Origin: Spirochaetota bacterium
GTDB lineage: Bacteria; Spirochaetota; UBA4802; UBA5550
Direction: 5' to 3'
Assembly (NCBI GenBank): GCA_963663865.1
Contig: OY760686.1
Span: 2,752,001 to 2,816,000, forward strand
DNA: 64,000 bases
The position numbers and the translations under genes are program-made. Under the pieces are notes generated by a model. It was not told the DNA's origin. It saw only the letters and a list, made by a program, of their open reading frames with translations, and did no database searches. Shown in pieces: positions 9,555-18,967 of this stretch; positions within the stretch are counted from its first letter, which is position 1; every line of letters starts with the position of its first letter.

Positions 9555-10673
9555 ATGAAAGATTCAAAAATCGATTTCATCGACCTTAAATCCCAGTACG
9601 AGGCATACAGGAGCGAAATTGACTCTGAGCTTCACAGACATATGGCCTCAGCGAGTTTTATTATGGGAGAACCCGTCGCTCGAATTGAGAATGAACTTTC
9701 GGCTTATACCGGAGCTTCACACTGTATAGGCTGCAGCAGCGGAACCGATGCCATTATGCTCTGTCTCATGGCCCTTGGAATAGGACCCGGTGATGAAGTA
9801 ATCACATCACCCTTTACCTTTTTCGCGACAGCCGAAGTTCCGGCCTTCCTGGGCGCGCGGCCGGTCTTCGCCGACATCCTGCCCGGAACCCTCTGCATTG
9901 ATCCTTCAAAAATCGAAGAGCGCATTACACCTTCTACCAGGGCCATAATCCCTGTCGGGATATTCGGCCAGCCGCCGGACATGGATCCCATTCTTGAAAC
10001 AGCATCAAAGCACGGCATAGCCGTTATAGAAGATGCCGCCCAGTCCTTCGGCGCTGTTTATAAGGGGCGTAAAAGCTGCAATCTGTCCCGTTATGCCGCA
10101 ACAAGCTTTTTCCCGGCAAAACCTCTTGGCTGCTACGGCGACGGAGGCGCAGTCTTTACTGATGATGAATCAGCGATGAAAAAAATGCGCTCGCTTCTAA
10201 ATCATGGTCAGGGTGAAAGATACCGCCACAGGTACATAGGAATAAACGGCAGGCTCGACGCGCTGCAGGCCGCAGTGCTTTCTGTTAAGCTAAAACACTA
10301 TTCGGATGAGCTCAAAGCCAGGTCGCTCGCTGCATCGAGATACACTAAGGCCTTCACGCCTCCGCCGGAAATAAAAACACAGATTGTGCCTGAAGACAGA
10401 ACAAGCACATACGCTCAGTACACAATCATGACAGAGGAGCGGGAATCCCTCGCAGAGAGTCTGAGGGCCTCGGGCATTCCGACAGCCGTGCACTATCCCG
10501 TACCGGTTTATGCTCAGGAAGCGATGTCCTACCTGAAAGCCGATCCAGCGGAATATCCCGTGACTGAAGAAACATGCAAAAAGGTCATTTCGCTCCCGAT
10601 GGGCCCTTTTCTCGCTGAGGATGTCCAAAATTACATTATAGAATCAGTCCTATCATTCTTCGGAGGTGCATAA
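9555..10673 (+). CDS. wbpE: DegT/DnrJ/EryC1/StrS aminotransferase, WbpE-like
   Basis: FIDLKSQY, SSGTDA, IEDAAQSFGA, SFFPAKPLGCYGDGG (PLP lysine), NGRLDALQAA. Confidence 0.85.
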   Translation: MKDSKIDFIDLKSQYEAYRSEIDSELHRHMASASFIMGEPVARIENELSAYTGASHCIGCSSGTDAIMLCLMALGIGPGDEVITSPFTFFATAEVPAFLGARPVFADILPGTLCIDPSKIEERITPSTRAIIPVGIFGQPPDMDPILETASKHGIAVIEDAAQSFGAVYKGRKSCNLSRYAATSFFPAKPLGCYGDGGAVFTDDESAMKKMRSLLNHGQGERYRHRYIGINGRLDALQAAVLSVKLKHYSDELKARSLAASRYTKAFTPPPEIKTQIVPEDRTSTYAQYTIMTEERESLAESLRASGIPTAVHYPVPVYAQEAMSYLKADPAEYPVTEETCKKVISLPMGPFLAEDVQNYIIESVLSFFGGA

Positions 10674-11587
10674 TGAAAACCGCTTTAATCGGATTCGGCT
10701 CAATGGGCCGGAATCATTATAGAATACTTAACTCAATTGAAGGAATAGACCTTGTGGCAGTATGTGACCCGGCCATCGGCGACGATTTGCCGGAGCAGGT
10801 ATACTACGATATTGACACAATGCTGGAAAAAATACAAATTGACAGCGCGGTTGTATGCGTCCCCACAAACCTGCACAGAGATATTGCGGTAAAGCTTGCC
10901 CACAGGGGAATTAATCTTTTCATAGAAAAGCCGGTCGCTCACACAGTCGAAGAGGCGGATGAAATTATTGAGGCCATAGAAGCAGCCGGTGTAAAATCGG
11001 CTGTGGGACATATTGAGAGATTTAATCCGGTAATCGCGGCCCTCATCAAGGAGCTTGACGGAAAGAACATTCTGAGCATTGATATTCAAAGAGTGGGCCC
11101 CTTCCCTCCAAGGGTATCTGATATTGGCATTCTGGTTGATCTTTCAGTTCATGATATCGACCTTATAAGGCTCCTTACGGGTTTCTCTAAAATCACGAGC
11201 TCAAGTATTTTCGGTTCGACCAAGGTGCAGGATAATGAATCCAGCGGCCTGCCAGATAATGCGGTTTTGTCCTTCAAGCTTGAGAATGAAACGGTCGCCA
11301 GTATAATGACCAACTGGCTGACGCCCTTTAAGAAGAGAAAAATCGAGGTTGCCACGAACTGCTCATATTACGAGGCCGACCTGATGACCCAGGAGCTGAC
11401 AGAGTTCTCGTCCTACAAGCTCAACAACTCCTATGTGGTCAGGAACTGCTACGTCAGAAAGAGCGAACCTCTTATGAATGAGCTCACCGCGTTTCTAAAC
11501 TACTTCAGAACCGGAGACAGGTCTAACCTTGCAACAGTCGAAGACAGCAGATACACACTTGAGATTCTGGCAGGTAACAATCATTGA
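10673..11587 (+). CDS. Gfo/Idh/MocA oxidoreductase, WbpB/GnnA-like sugar 3-dehydrogenase
   Basis: IGFGSMGRNH, IEKP, VGHIERFNP, DLSVHDID; translationally coupled to the wbpE-like gene (TAATG). Confidence 0.85.
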   Translation: MKTALIGFGSMGRNHYRILNSIEGIDLVAVCDPAIGDDLPEQVYYDIDTMLEKIQIDSAVVCVPTNLHRDIAVKLAHRGINLFIEKPVAHTVEEADEIIEAIEAAGVKSAVGHIERFNPVIAALIKELDGKNILSIDIQRVGPFPPRVSDIGILVDLSVHDIDLIRLLTGFSKITSSSIFGSTKVQDNESSGLPDNAVLSFKLENETVASIMTNWLTPFKKRKIEVATNCSYYEADLMTQELTEFSSYKLNNSYVVRNCYVRKSEPLMNELTAFLNYFRTGDRSNLATVEDSRYTLEILAGNNH

Positions 11588-12675
11588 AGCTGAAGATGAT
11601 GACAGTTATAGGCACCAGGCCTGAGATTATCAAGATGTCGCCTCTCATACCTCTGTTTGACAGTGAGTTCAGCCATGTACTGGTACACTCCGGACAGCAT
11701 TACTCCCCTTCGATGGACTCTGTCTTTTTTGAAGAGCTGAAACTCAGAAAGCCGGACTATGTTCTTGAGAGCGGCGGCCTGCCGCCTGCCGATCAGACAG
11801 GCGCAATAATGAGGGGCGTTGAAAAAATCATACTTGCCGAAAAGCCCTCCGCAGTCACTGTGCACGGCGACACAAACACTACACTGGCTGCCGCTCTGGC
11901 AGCAGCGAAACATCGCGAACATGTCAAAGCTATAATTCACATTGAAGCCGGCGTAAGATCTTTCAACAGGACACAGCCCGAGGAATTAAACCGCGTCCTC
12001 GTAGACCAGGCAGCAGATATTCTGTTCATCCCCTACGAACATGACAGAGAGAACGCTCTTCGGGAAGGAATACCGGACAGCCGTATCTTTGTAACAAACG
12101 GTAATACTGTTCTTGAAAGCGCGATTCGCACCGCCTCAATTGCGGACAGCGCCGCTATATGCGGCAATTACTCGGTGACGCCGCGTAATTTCGCGATAGC
12201 AACGTTTCACCGCCAGGAGAGTGTCGATTCCCCGGAAATTCTGAGCGGGATATGCAGAGCAATGACGGAGATTTCAGACTTAATACCTCTGATAATTCCT
12301 CTTCACCCGAGAACCGAAAAGAGAATCTCTGAATTCGGCATAAAACTTGAGGGAAGCCGGCTAATGCCAGTTCCGCCCATCGGCTATATCGACATGACAG
12401 GGCTTCTTCAAAACGCACGCTTCTGCATGACCGATTCAGGAGGTCTCCAGGAGGAGGCGGCCGCACTCGGTACGCCGGCGCTTGTACTTAGAAATGAAAC
12501 CGAACACATAAGATACCTGAAAAGCGGCCTTCACCGGCTTACAGGAATTCAGACGGAGACTATCGTCAGAGAAGCCCGAAGACTCATAGACAAAGAGCCT
12601 GATTCACAGAGTATTGAGATTAAAAGCGGCATTTCAGATTCAATACTTGAAGCCATTGTGAATTTCCTGAAGTAA
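11584..12675 (+). CDS. wecB: Non-hydrolysing UDP-N-acetylglucosamine 2-epimerase (WecB/WbpI family)
   Basis: GTRPEIIK, HSGQHY, HGDTNT, HIEAGVRS, PEELNR, TDSGGLQEEA. Confidence 0.9.
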   Translation: MKLKMMTVIGTRPEIIKMSPLIPLFDSEFSHVLVHSGQHYSPSMDSVFFEELKLRKPDYVLESGGLPPADQTGAIMRGVEKIILAEKPSAVTVHGDTNTTLAAALAAAKHREHVKAIIHIEAGVRSFNRTQPEELNRVLVDQAADILFIPYEHDRENALREGIPDSRIFVTNGNTVLESAIRTASIADSAAICGNYSVTPRNFAIATFHRQESVDSPEILSGICRAMTEISDLIPLIIPLHPRTEKRISEFGIKLEGSRLMPVPPIGYIDMTGLLQNARFCMTDSGGLQEEAAALGTPALVLRNETEHIRYLKSGLHRLTGIQTETIVREARRLIDKEPDSQSIEIKSGISDSILEAIVNFLK

Positions 12676-12939
12676 GCAATGCATCCAGTTTATCTCCCTA
12701 TAACATCCGGCGCCTGTTGCCCGGGCAGCCCATATTTTCAGCTCTCCAATGGGCAATAGATCAACACAGGCAAACAGTAGTTTTTACTCTTTAAAACAGC
12801 TTGACATATCCGCGGAGTGTCATTTATTTTAGTGCAATTCCAACGAATTTGCGAAAAAAGCATTCTGCTTAATGAGCTTACAAAACAGTTTTTGATACGA
12901 TTTTTATACGATTATCATATTTTCAGATCAAAAGGAATA

Positions 12940-13554
12940 ATGATGAAACCCAGTCGGATTAAGCCCTGGAAAACTGACAGGGAAAAACTCTTCTACATCA
13001 AACAATGCTCTACCATTTTCAGCCGGGTTTACTGGATGCTTTCGACTGAGTTTAAGGCCGTAACATATTTCAGAGTTGAAGCTGCCGTCAGAAGAATATC
13101 AAAGAAAAACCTGATTGCCAGGATTCTGCTGAAAAACTTTCTGTTCATACCGCTATATCTTCATTTCAGACATTTTAGAATCAAACATAAAATCTTCATA
13201 GACAAGAACGCCGTGATAGGCCCAGGATTCTACATTGTCCACGCCTCGCAGATATTCATAGGCCCTGTAACAATAGGAGCCAACTGCATAATACACCACA
13301 ATGTGACGATGGGACAGGGTGTGGCAAAGCGCGAAAAAAGCGTCCCCAGGATAGGCGACAATGTATGGATAGGAACCGGCGTCATTCTCTCGGGAAACAT
13401 TGAAATTGGCAGCAATACCGTCATATCTTCAGGGAGCGTCCTGTCTAAAAGCGTCCCAGGCAACTGCCTCGTGGCAGGCAATCCGGCAAGAGTAATCCTG
13501 GCAGATTACGACAGCAGCGAGTACTGTACTTTCAGGCCCGTAGGAAAAGCCTGA
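12940..13554 (+). CDS. CysE/WcaB-like hexapeptide O-acetyltransferase
   Basis: Start at ATG 12940 (AAGGA upstream); IGPGFYIVH, IGANCIIHHNVT, PRIGDNVWIG, VAGNPAR. Confidence 0.8.
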   Translation: MMKPSRIKPWKTDREKLFYIKQCSTIFSRVYWMLSTEFKAVTYFRVEAAVRRISKKNLIARILLKNFLFIPLYLHFRHFRIKHKIFIDKNAVIGPGFYIVHASQIFIGPVTIGANCIIHHNVTMGQGVAKREKSVPRIGDNVWIGTGVILSGNIEIGSNTVISSGSVLSKSVPGNCLVAGNPARVILADYDSSEYCTFRPVGKA

Positions 13555-13585
13555 TTTGTACCCCCGGGCCTTTCCGCATTATCAG

Positions 13586-14419
13586 CTACTCGGACGCAAG
13601 CACCCTTAGCAGCTCAACAGCCAGCTCAACAGCGGCCTTCTCTGCGGGATGCCCTCCATCATGACTCTTGCCCGGGTACATAGACTCGTGTTTTTCACCG
13701 CCTTTAGAACTGACAAACACCCCTCCGGCCGGCCTTTTCGCTTCGATGAAAGCTATATCAAAAATATTTGTGCCTTGAAATTTATCCCTTATCAGTCTGT
13801 TATACCTGTTTCGCTGTATGTTGTCATAAACATCATCGTAAACCTCGCTGTAGGGTTTTCCGAGAACCTTTTTAACAATGACCTTAAGCCTCTGTACAAT
13901 CCCTGTTCTCTCCTCGGTTAGAGGTACCGTACAGTGAACAATTCTCAATTTCGGAAAGCTCTTGCTCAGGGTTTCACATGTTTTAGCATACTCCCTGAAT
14001 ACACTGTTAACGTCGGTTTTTCTGCCTATGTCGGCATAGCAGAGTTTCATCATCGCCGCGCTGTACCGACCGCCTTCTTCATCGAGGAGCTGCTTTTCAA
14101 ATGCCCTGAATTTTGATATCGGGTCGCCATTTTTTCCGACTGGGAATGACCTGATGAAAAGCCCATCACCCGACTTCCGTGGAGGAAGTTCTTTCGAAAC
14201 AGAAATACAGTCTCCATACTTTTCAATGACATTCAGTATAATTGCGCCCACCGACCTGTGAGCAAAGAGCAGCCTTACCTCTTTTAACATTTCTCCGCTC
14301 AGTCTCATGCCCTTCTCCGTTTCATTCTTCTTTTCCCCGTCTCCTGAACAGGAAGTCCCAACAGCGCAGCACAGAACAACAACGATTACAGCCGGCGATA
14401 TTCTCATAATTGCCTCCAT
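13586..14419 (-). CDS. Putative lipoprotein with SGNH/GDSL hydrolase-like fold
   Basis: Signal peptide with lipobox-like GTSC; LFAHRSVG, MKLCYAD, N..RNRYN, C-terminal DGGH. Confidence 0.55.
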   Translation of the reverse strand: MEAIMRISPAVIVVVLCCAVGTSCSGDGEKKNETEKGMRLSGEMLKEVRLLFAHRSVGAIILNVIEKYGDCISVSKELPPRKSGDGLFIRSFPVGKNGDPISKFRAFEKQLLDEEGGRYSAAMMKLCYADIGRKTDVNSVFREYAKTCETLSKSFPKLRIVHCTVPLTEERTGIVQRLKVIVKKVLGKPYSEVYDDVYDNIQRNRYNRLIRDKFQGTNIFDIAFIEAKRPAGGVFVSSKGGEKHESMYPGKSHDGGHPAEKAAVELAVELLRVLASE

Positions 14420-14425
14420 TTAGTG

Positions 14426-15883
14426 TTACCTTCCGTGACCCTTTATTACAACGCGCAATGTCCGCCAGATCAGCTGGAAGTCAAGCAGCAGCGACCAGTT
14501 GTCAATGTACTCCAGGTCCATCTCCATCCACTTATTGAATGAAATATCATTTCTCCCCGGCGCAATCTGCCAGATACATGTAAGCCCCGGCTTCATGCTC
14601 AGACGCCTCCGCTGCCACACATTGTACTGTCTGACCTCGTCGCCAAGCGGGGGCCTTGGACCTACAAGGCTCATCTCTCCCTTGATAATGTTGAACAGCT
14701 GAGGCAGCTCGTCAAGCCCGGTCTTTCTGAGCAGACGGCCTATGAACGGTATGATTCGCGGATCATTTTTGATCTTGAACGCCGGCCCGTCTGCCTCATT
14801 GCTGCCCCTGAGTTTTTCAAGCATAGCCTCGGCGTCGGGTATCATCGTACGGAACTTGTAAAGATAGAATTCACGTCCGTAAAGCCCCATTCTCTTCTGT
14901 TTGAACAGCACCGGCCCTCGCGGTGAGATCAGCTTTATGAGAAGCGATATTACTATTAGCAGCGGCATAAGAACAATGATTCCAATGAAGGAGAGCACCA
15001 TATCCAGTATGTTTTTTATTAGCAGGTCTCTGTACTTTGATGTTGTAGCGGTTATAAGCATCGTAGGGACGCCATTGAAGTCGTCAAAGTACATTCGCGC
15101 GATTCCCGGCTGGTACAGCACTGAATAAATGTGCCAGTCCGGGAAAATCCTTACCGTCACTCCGGTAAGCTCAATAAGCACCATGTAGACCTGCACGGAC
15201 TCTATCTCTTTTAAAGGCATCGCGAAGATGATTTCATCAATTACGTACATCTGCATAATGTTTTTCAAATCGTCCATAGTTCCGATTACCTTGACGCCTT
15301 CAAGCACCTCTTTGCCCACTGAGTCAGCTCTGGTGTCAAGGCATCCTATTACGGTGTATCCGGTGCCGGACGATTTAATTAGCCCGATTACCCCTTCAGC
15401 GCGCCTCCTGCTTCCTACTATAAGGATATTGTGAAAGTTCTGCTGGTTCTGCTTATAGTTTTTGAGAAGCTCGAGAAATATCCTCTTAACGGCTGTCAGA
15501 GCAATTATATTGATGGTATAGAATATGCCGAGTAGAAGGCGGCTCACTTCGTGGATTTTGAAAACAAAGAGTGCGGCTATCAGTATCATCATGGAAAAGC
15601 TGACAGACTTGATAACGTCGCGTATAACCACGGGGAAAGACTTTTCAGCGAAGCCCGTGTAGACATTATTAATATGAAAGACCAGAGACCAGATGAGTAC
15701 TATCATCAACAGGACAACATAGTAGTTAGGACCGACTGCGAGATCGCTCATATTCATAAACGGCAGCACTACATTCCTGGAGTAGTAGCTGGCAACAAAG
15801 CTTAAGCAGGTCAGGAAAATATCTGACAGAAAATGAGACCTTTCAATAAACTTCTCTTTCTTTCTGATATCTTCGATCATCAA
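14426..15883 (-). CDS. Undecaprenyl-phosphate sugar-1-phosphate transferase (WcaJ/WbaP family initiating transferase)
   Basis: N-terminal TMs, CoA-binding-like domain, YKFRTM, DPR, LDELPQLFN, MSLVGPRP, KPGLTCIWQ. Confidence 0.92.
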   Translation of the reverse strand: MMIEDIRKKEKFIERSHFLSDIFLTCLSFVASYYSRNVVLPFMNMSDLAVGPNYYVVLLMIVLIWSLVFHINNVYTGFAEKSFPVVIRDVIKSVSFSMMILIAALFVFKIHEVSRLLLGIFYTINIIALTAVKRIFLELLKNYKQNQQNFHNILIVGSRRRAEGVIGLIKSSGTGYTVIGCLDTRADSVGKEVLEGVKVIGTMDDLKNIMQMYVIDEIIFAMPLKEIESVQVYMVLIELTGVTVRIFPDWHIYSVLYQPGIARMYFDDFNGVPTMLITATTSKYRDLLIKNILDMVLSFIGIIVLMPLLIVISLLIKLISPRGPVLFKQKRMGLYGREFYLYKFRTMIPDAEAMLEKLRGSNEADGPAFKIKNDPRIIPFIGRLLRKTGLDELPQLFNIIKGEMSLVGPRPPLGDEVRQYNVWQRRRLSMKPGLTCIWQIAPGRNDISFNKWMEMDLEYIDNWSLLLDFQLIWRTLRVVIKGHGR

Positions 15884-15980
15884 ATACTCCGCAAAGAATT
15901 ATAAGGCGCTGGCCGTCCAGAATTATGTATTAAAGAACCTCAAAGCGCAAGTCAAGAGCAATTTGCCGTTTTCAGTTTCG

Positions 15981-17147
15981 TTATGAGAGCAATCCCCTTA
16001 TCATATCCTTCACTTTTTCGCAGACATACTCAAGCTGTTCGCTGGTCAATCCGGCATACAGAGGGAGCGAGATGTTCCTTCTGAATACCCATTCGCAGCC
16101 CGGAAAGTTCTCAGGCTCATTATCTCCGCCAGCGTACGCCGAAAACCTGTACAGAGGAATAAAGTGAACACTGGTTTTAATGCCCTCTTCTCCGAGCAGT
16201 CTGACTGCTTCGTCAAGTTCAATATTCAGCAGATCGAAATCAAGCCTCAGAGGATACAGATGGTGCGCAGACATACGGTCAGCTCCAATAATGTATGGTA
16301 TAATGCCCTCCAAATCGGAAAGCTCTCTCCCATAAACCGAAGCAATCCTTTCCCGTTCTGCCAGCATTGTGCCGGCTTTCTTCAGCTGTTCAATCCCGAT
16401 AGATGAAGCGATGTCGGTGGTATTATACTTGTATCCGGTCTCCGAAACATCATAGCGCCAGGACCCATCGTTTGAATAACGCTTCCAGGCATCCGCGGTG
16501 ATTCCGTGAAGCCTCAAGCGCTTCATCCTCTCAAGCCAGTCCTGCCTTGCCGTAACGACCATACCGCCCTCTCCAGTCGTTATCGTCTTGGTGGCATAGA
16601 AGCTGAAGCAGACAGCGTCGCCATGTCTGCCGACCGGCAGTCCCCTGTACGACGCAGGGAAGGCGTGAGCGGCGTCCTCTATCACGAACAGGCCGTTTCT
16701 GCGCGCTATACTCATTATTTCATCCATATCGCAGGGCTGGCCGGAGTAGTGAACAGGTATGATCACCTTAGTCCGGTCAGTTATCTTCTTCTCAATATCC
16801 GCAGGATCGACAAGATGAGTTTCCGGATTTACGTCCGCCAGTACCGGAACAGCGCCGCAGTATTTTACTACTTCAGCCGTCGATACAAAAGTGAGCGCAG
16901 GAAGAATCACCTCATCACCCGGACCGACACCCGCGCAGATCAGCGCCAGGTGCAGTGCGGCTGTACAGGAATTGACCGCTACAGAGCCTAATCCTCCCCC
17001 CAAATAAGAAGAGAATGCCCTCTCAAACTCAAATGTCCGCTCGCCCATGGTAAGCCAGCCGTTTTTCATGCAGGCCGTTACCGCTTCTATTTCGTCTTCG
17101 CCAATATAAGGCCTGTGAAAAGGTATTGTCATTTTATTGGAATTCAT
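15981..17147 (-). CDS. DegT/DnrJ family sugar aminotransferase (ArnB/SpsC-like)
   Basis: GWLTMG, VNSCTAALHLAL, IEDAAHA, SFYATKTITTGEGG, GYKYN. Confidence 0.9.
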   Translation of the reverse strand: MNSNKMTIPFHRPYIGEDEIEAVTACMKNGWLTMGERTFEFERAFSSYLGGGLGSVAVNSCTAALHLALICAGVGPGDEVILPALTFVSTAEVVKYCGAVPVLADVNPETHLVDPADIEKKITDRTKVIIPVHYSGQPCDMDEIMSIARRNGLFVIEDAAHAFPASYRGLPVGRHGDAVCFSFYATKTITTGEGGMVVTARQDWLERMKRLRLHGITADAWKRYSNDGSWRYDVSETGYKYNTTDIASSIGIEQLKKAGTMLAERERIASVYGRELSDLEGIIPYIIGADRMSAHHLYPLRLDFDLLNIELDEAVRLLGEEGIKTSVHFIPLYRFSAYAGGDNEPENFPGCEWVFRRNISLPLYAGLTSEQLEYVCEKVKDMIRGLLS

Positions 17148-17162
17148 AGTGTATCGCGGCGT

Positions 17163-18941
17163 TCAGCCCCCCTTGTATTCATCGTCCTTCCAGGTCCCTT
17201 TCAGGACAGTCCCATCAATATATCTCTTGTAGACACCGTTTCCGTGCCTGAGTCCGTCGCGCCATTTGCCTTCGTAAACATCATGATTTGAATAGAACAT
17301 GCGCCCGTCGCCCTGCATGTTATCCTTGACCCACTGTCCCCTGTAGATATTGCCGTTTGAAAATTGGTACTCACCCCGGCCGTGCATCAGGTCATCCTTC
17401 CATTCTCCGTCGTAGCGGTTGCCGGCCCATCTTGACTTCGGCCCGTGGACATACACGCCTCGGCCGCTTCTTCGGCCATTGTCCCACTCCCCGGTATAGA
17501 TATCGCTGTTCGCATAGACCATCTTCCCGTTTCCGTGAGGCTTCCCATTTCTCCAGGCTCCCTCGTAATAGTCACCGTTTTCGAATTTGAAGGCATGTAC
17601 ACCTTCCGAGTACGTAGGCCTGATTATTTTACTGTTATCGCCTCCCGACATAACACCTGCGGACCACCTTCCCTTTATCTCTTCGCCATTCGCGTATTTA
17701 TAGACGCCCTCGCCGTGCATCTCTCCGTTAACCCAGCTTCCATTGTAAACATCGCCATTGGCAAATCTCATGGTACCCCGTCCGTGCATATTGTCTGCCG
17801 ACCATTCCCCCGTATAGCGGTTCCCATTGGAATAGGAGTAAGAGCCGTTGCCGTGCATCTTGTCTTCTCTCCACTCCCCTGTATATGCATTGCCGGCCCA
17901 CCGGGACCCTTCAAGGTATTCCAGTCTGCCCTTGCCGTTTCTTTTGCCGTCCTCCCACTCTCCGTTGTATACAGATTTATCGGAGTATGTCATTGTTCCA
18001 TTACCTCCCGGCTTACCGTTCTTCCACTCTCCGCTGTAGGTATTGCCGTTATCAAAGATAAAGGTGTGGATACCGCTCTCCCATTTCCCCGCGTCGTCGG
18101 GAACAACCTCGGAAAGCCTTACTCCATACTTCCAGATCCCTTTAATTGCCGAGCCATTGCTCATCGCAAGAACGCCTTCGCCATGCTCCATATCGTTTTC
18201 CCATATTCCGCGAAAAACATCACCGGAGGCATATCGCATTTCTCCCGGGCCGTTCATCATGCCGTTTTCCCACCGGCCGGTATACACATTTCCGTTTTTG
18301 AACTTATATGTACCGGAACCTTCCATAAGGTCTCTGTTCCATTCGCCCTCGTATCTTTCTCCGTTAGCGAACTCCATGACTCCCGTCCCGTTCTTAACAC
18401 CGTTTCTCCACTCCCCGGAATAGCGGTTGCCGTTTGAATAGAAGTATTCGCCCCGACCGTGCATTTTATCGTTCTTCCAACCGCCGGAATAGCGGTTGCC
18501 GGCCCAGCGGCTCTTCTCTCCCAGCACATACTCACCGGCAGTTTTCCATCCGCCTGACCACTGGCCCTTGTAGATCGAACCGTCATAGTAGGTCATTTCG
18601 CCATAACCGTCCATGAAGTCATTTTTCCAGCGCCCTTTATAAACTGTGCCGTCTGCGAAATAATATGTCCCGTACCCGTCGCGTTTATCCTCTTTCCATT
18701 CACCGGCGTATTTGTTTCCCGCCCATTGAGAATCGTAACCCAGGACGAAGACCCCGTAACCATGCCGCATATCGTCCTTCCAGTCACCGATATACTTATT
18801 GCCGTTGTGATAGAGATAGTAGCCCCGCCCGTGTCTGAGCCCTTTGTTGTATTCTCCAACATATCTGCCGGAACAGGAACACAGCACTGCCGTAAGAAAC
18901 AAAGCGCAGAGAAAAATTGCTCTGTATGCGTGGCTCTTCAT
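17163..18941 (-). CDS. MORN-repeat lipoprotein
   Basis: Lipobox-like LCSC after a signal peptide; about 20 YxGxWxxxxxxGxG repeats. Confidence 0.9.
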   Translation of the reverse strand: MKSHAYRAIFLCALFLTAVLCSCSGRYVGEYNKGLRHGRGYYLYHNGNKYIGDWKDDMRHGYGVFVLGYDSQWAGNKYAGEWKEDKRDGYGTYYFADGTVYKGRWKNDFMDGYGEMTYYDGSIYKGQWSGGWKTAGEYVLGEKSRWAGNRYSGGWKNDKMHGRGEYFYSNGNRYSGEWRNGVKNGTGVMEFANGERYEGEWNRDLMEGSGTYKFKNGNVYTGRWENGMMNGPGEMRYASGDVFRGIWENDMEHGEGVLAMSNGSAIKGIWKYGVRLSEVVPDDAGKWESGIHTFIFDNGNTYSGEWKNGKPGGNGTMTYSDKSVYNGEWEDGKRNGKGRLEYLEGSRWAGNAYTGEWREDKMHGNGSYSYSNGNRYTGEWSADNMHGRGTMRFANGDVYNGSWVNGEMHGEGVYKYANGEEIKGRWSAGVMSGGDNSKIIRPTYSEGVHAFKFENGDYYEGAWRNGKPHGNGKMVYANSDIYTGEWDNGRRSGRGVYVHGPKSRWAGNRYDGEWKDDLMHGRGEYQFSNGNIYRGQWVKDNMQGDGRMFYSNHDVYEGKWRDGLRHGNGVYKRYIDGTVLKGTWKDDEYKGG

Positions 18942-18967
18942 TCTGAATCCCTGCCCGGAAACGGGGC

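Noticed and set aside
17445-18437. 330-aa antisense ORF over the MORN gene
   Set aside because: Shadow of repetitive Gly/Tyr/Trp codon usage; no motifs
17163-18941. Repetitive DNA as a CRISPR array or tandem DNA repeat
   Set aside because: Repeats are protein-level, in frame and synonymous-divergent; no constant repeat/spacer pattern and no cas genes
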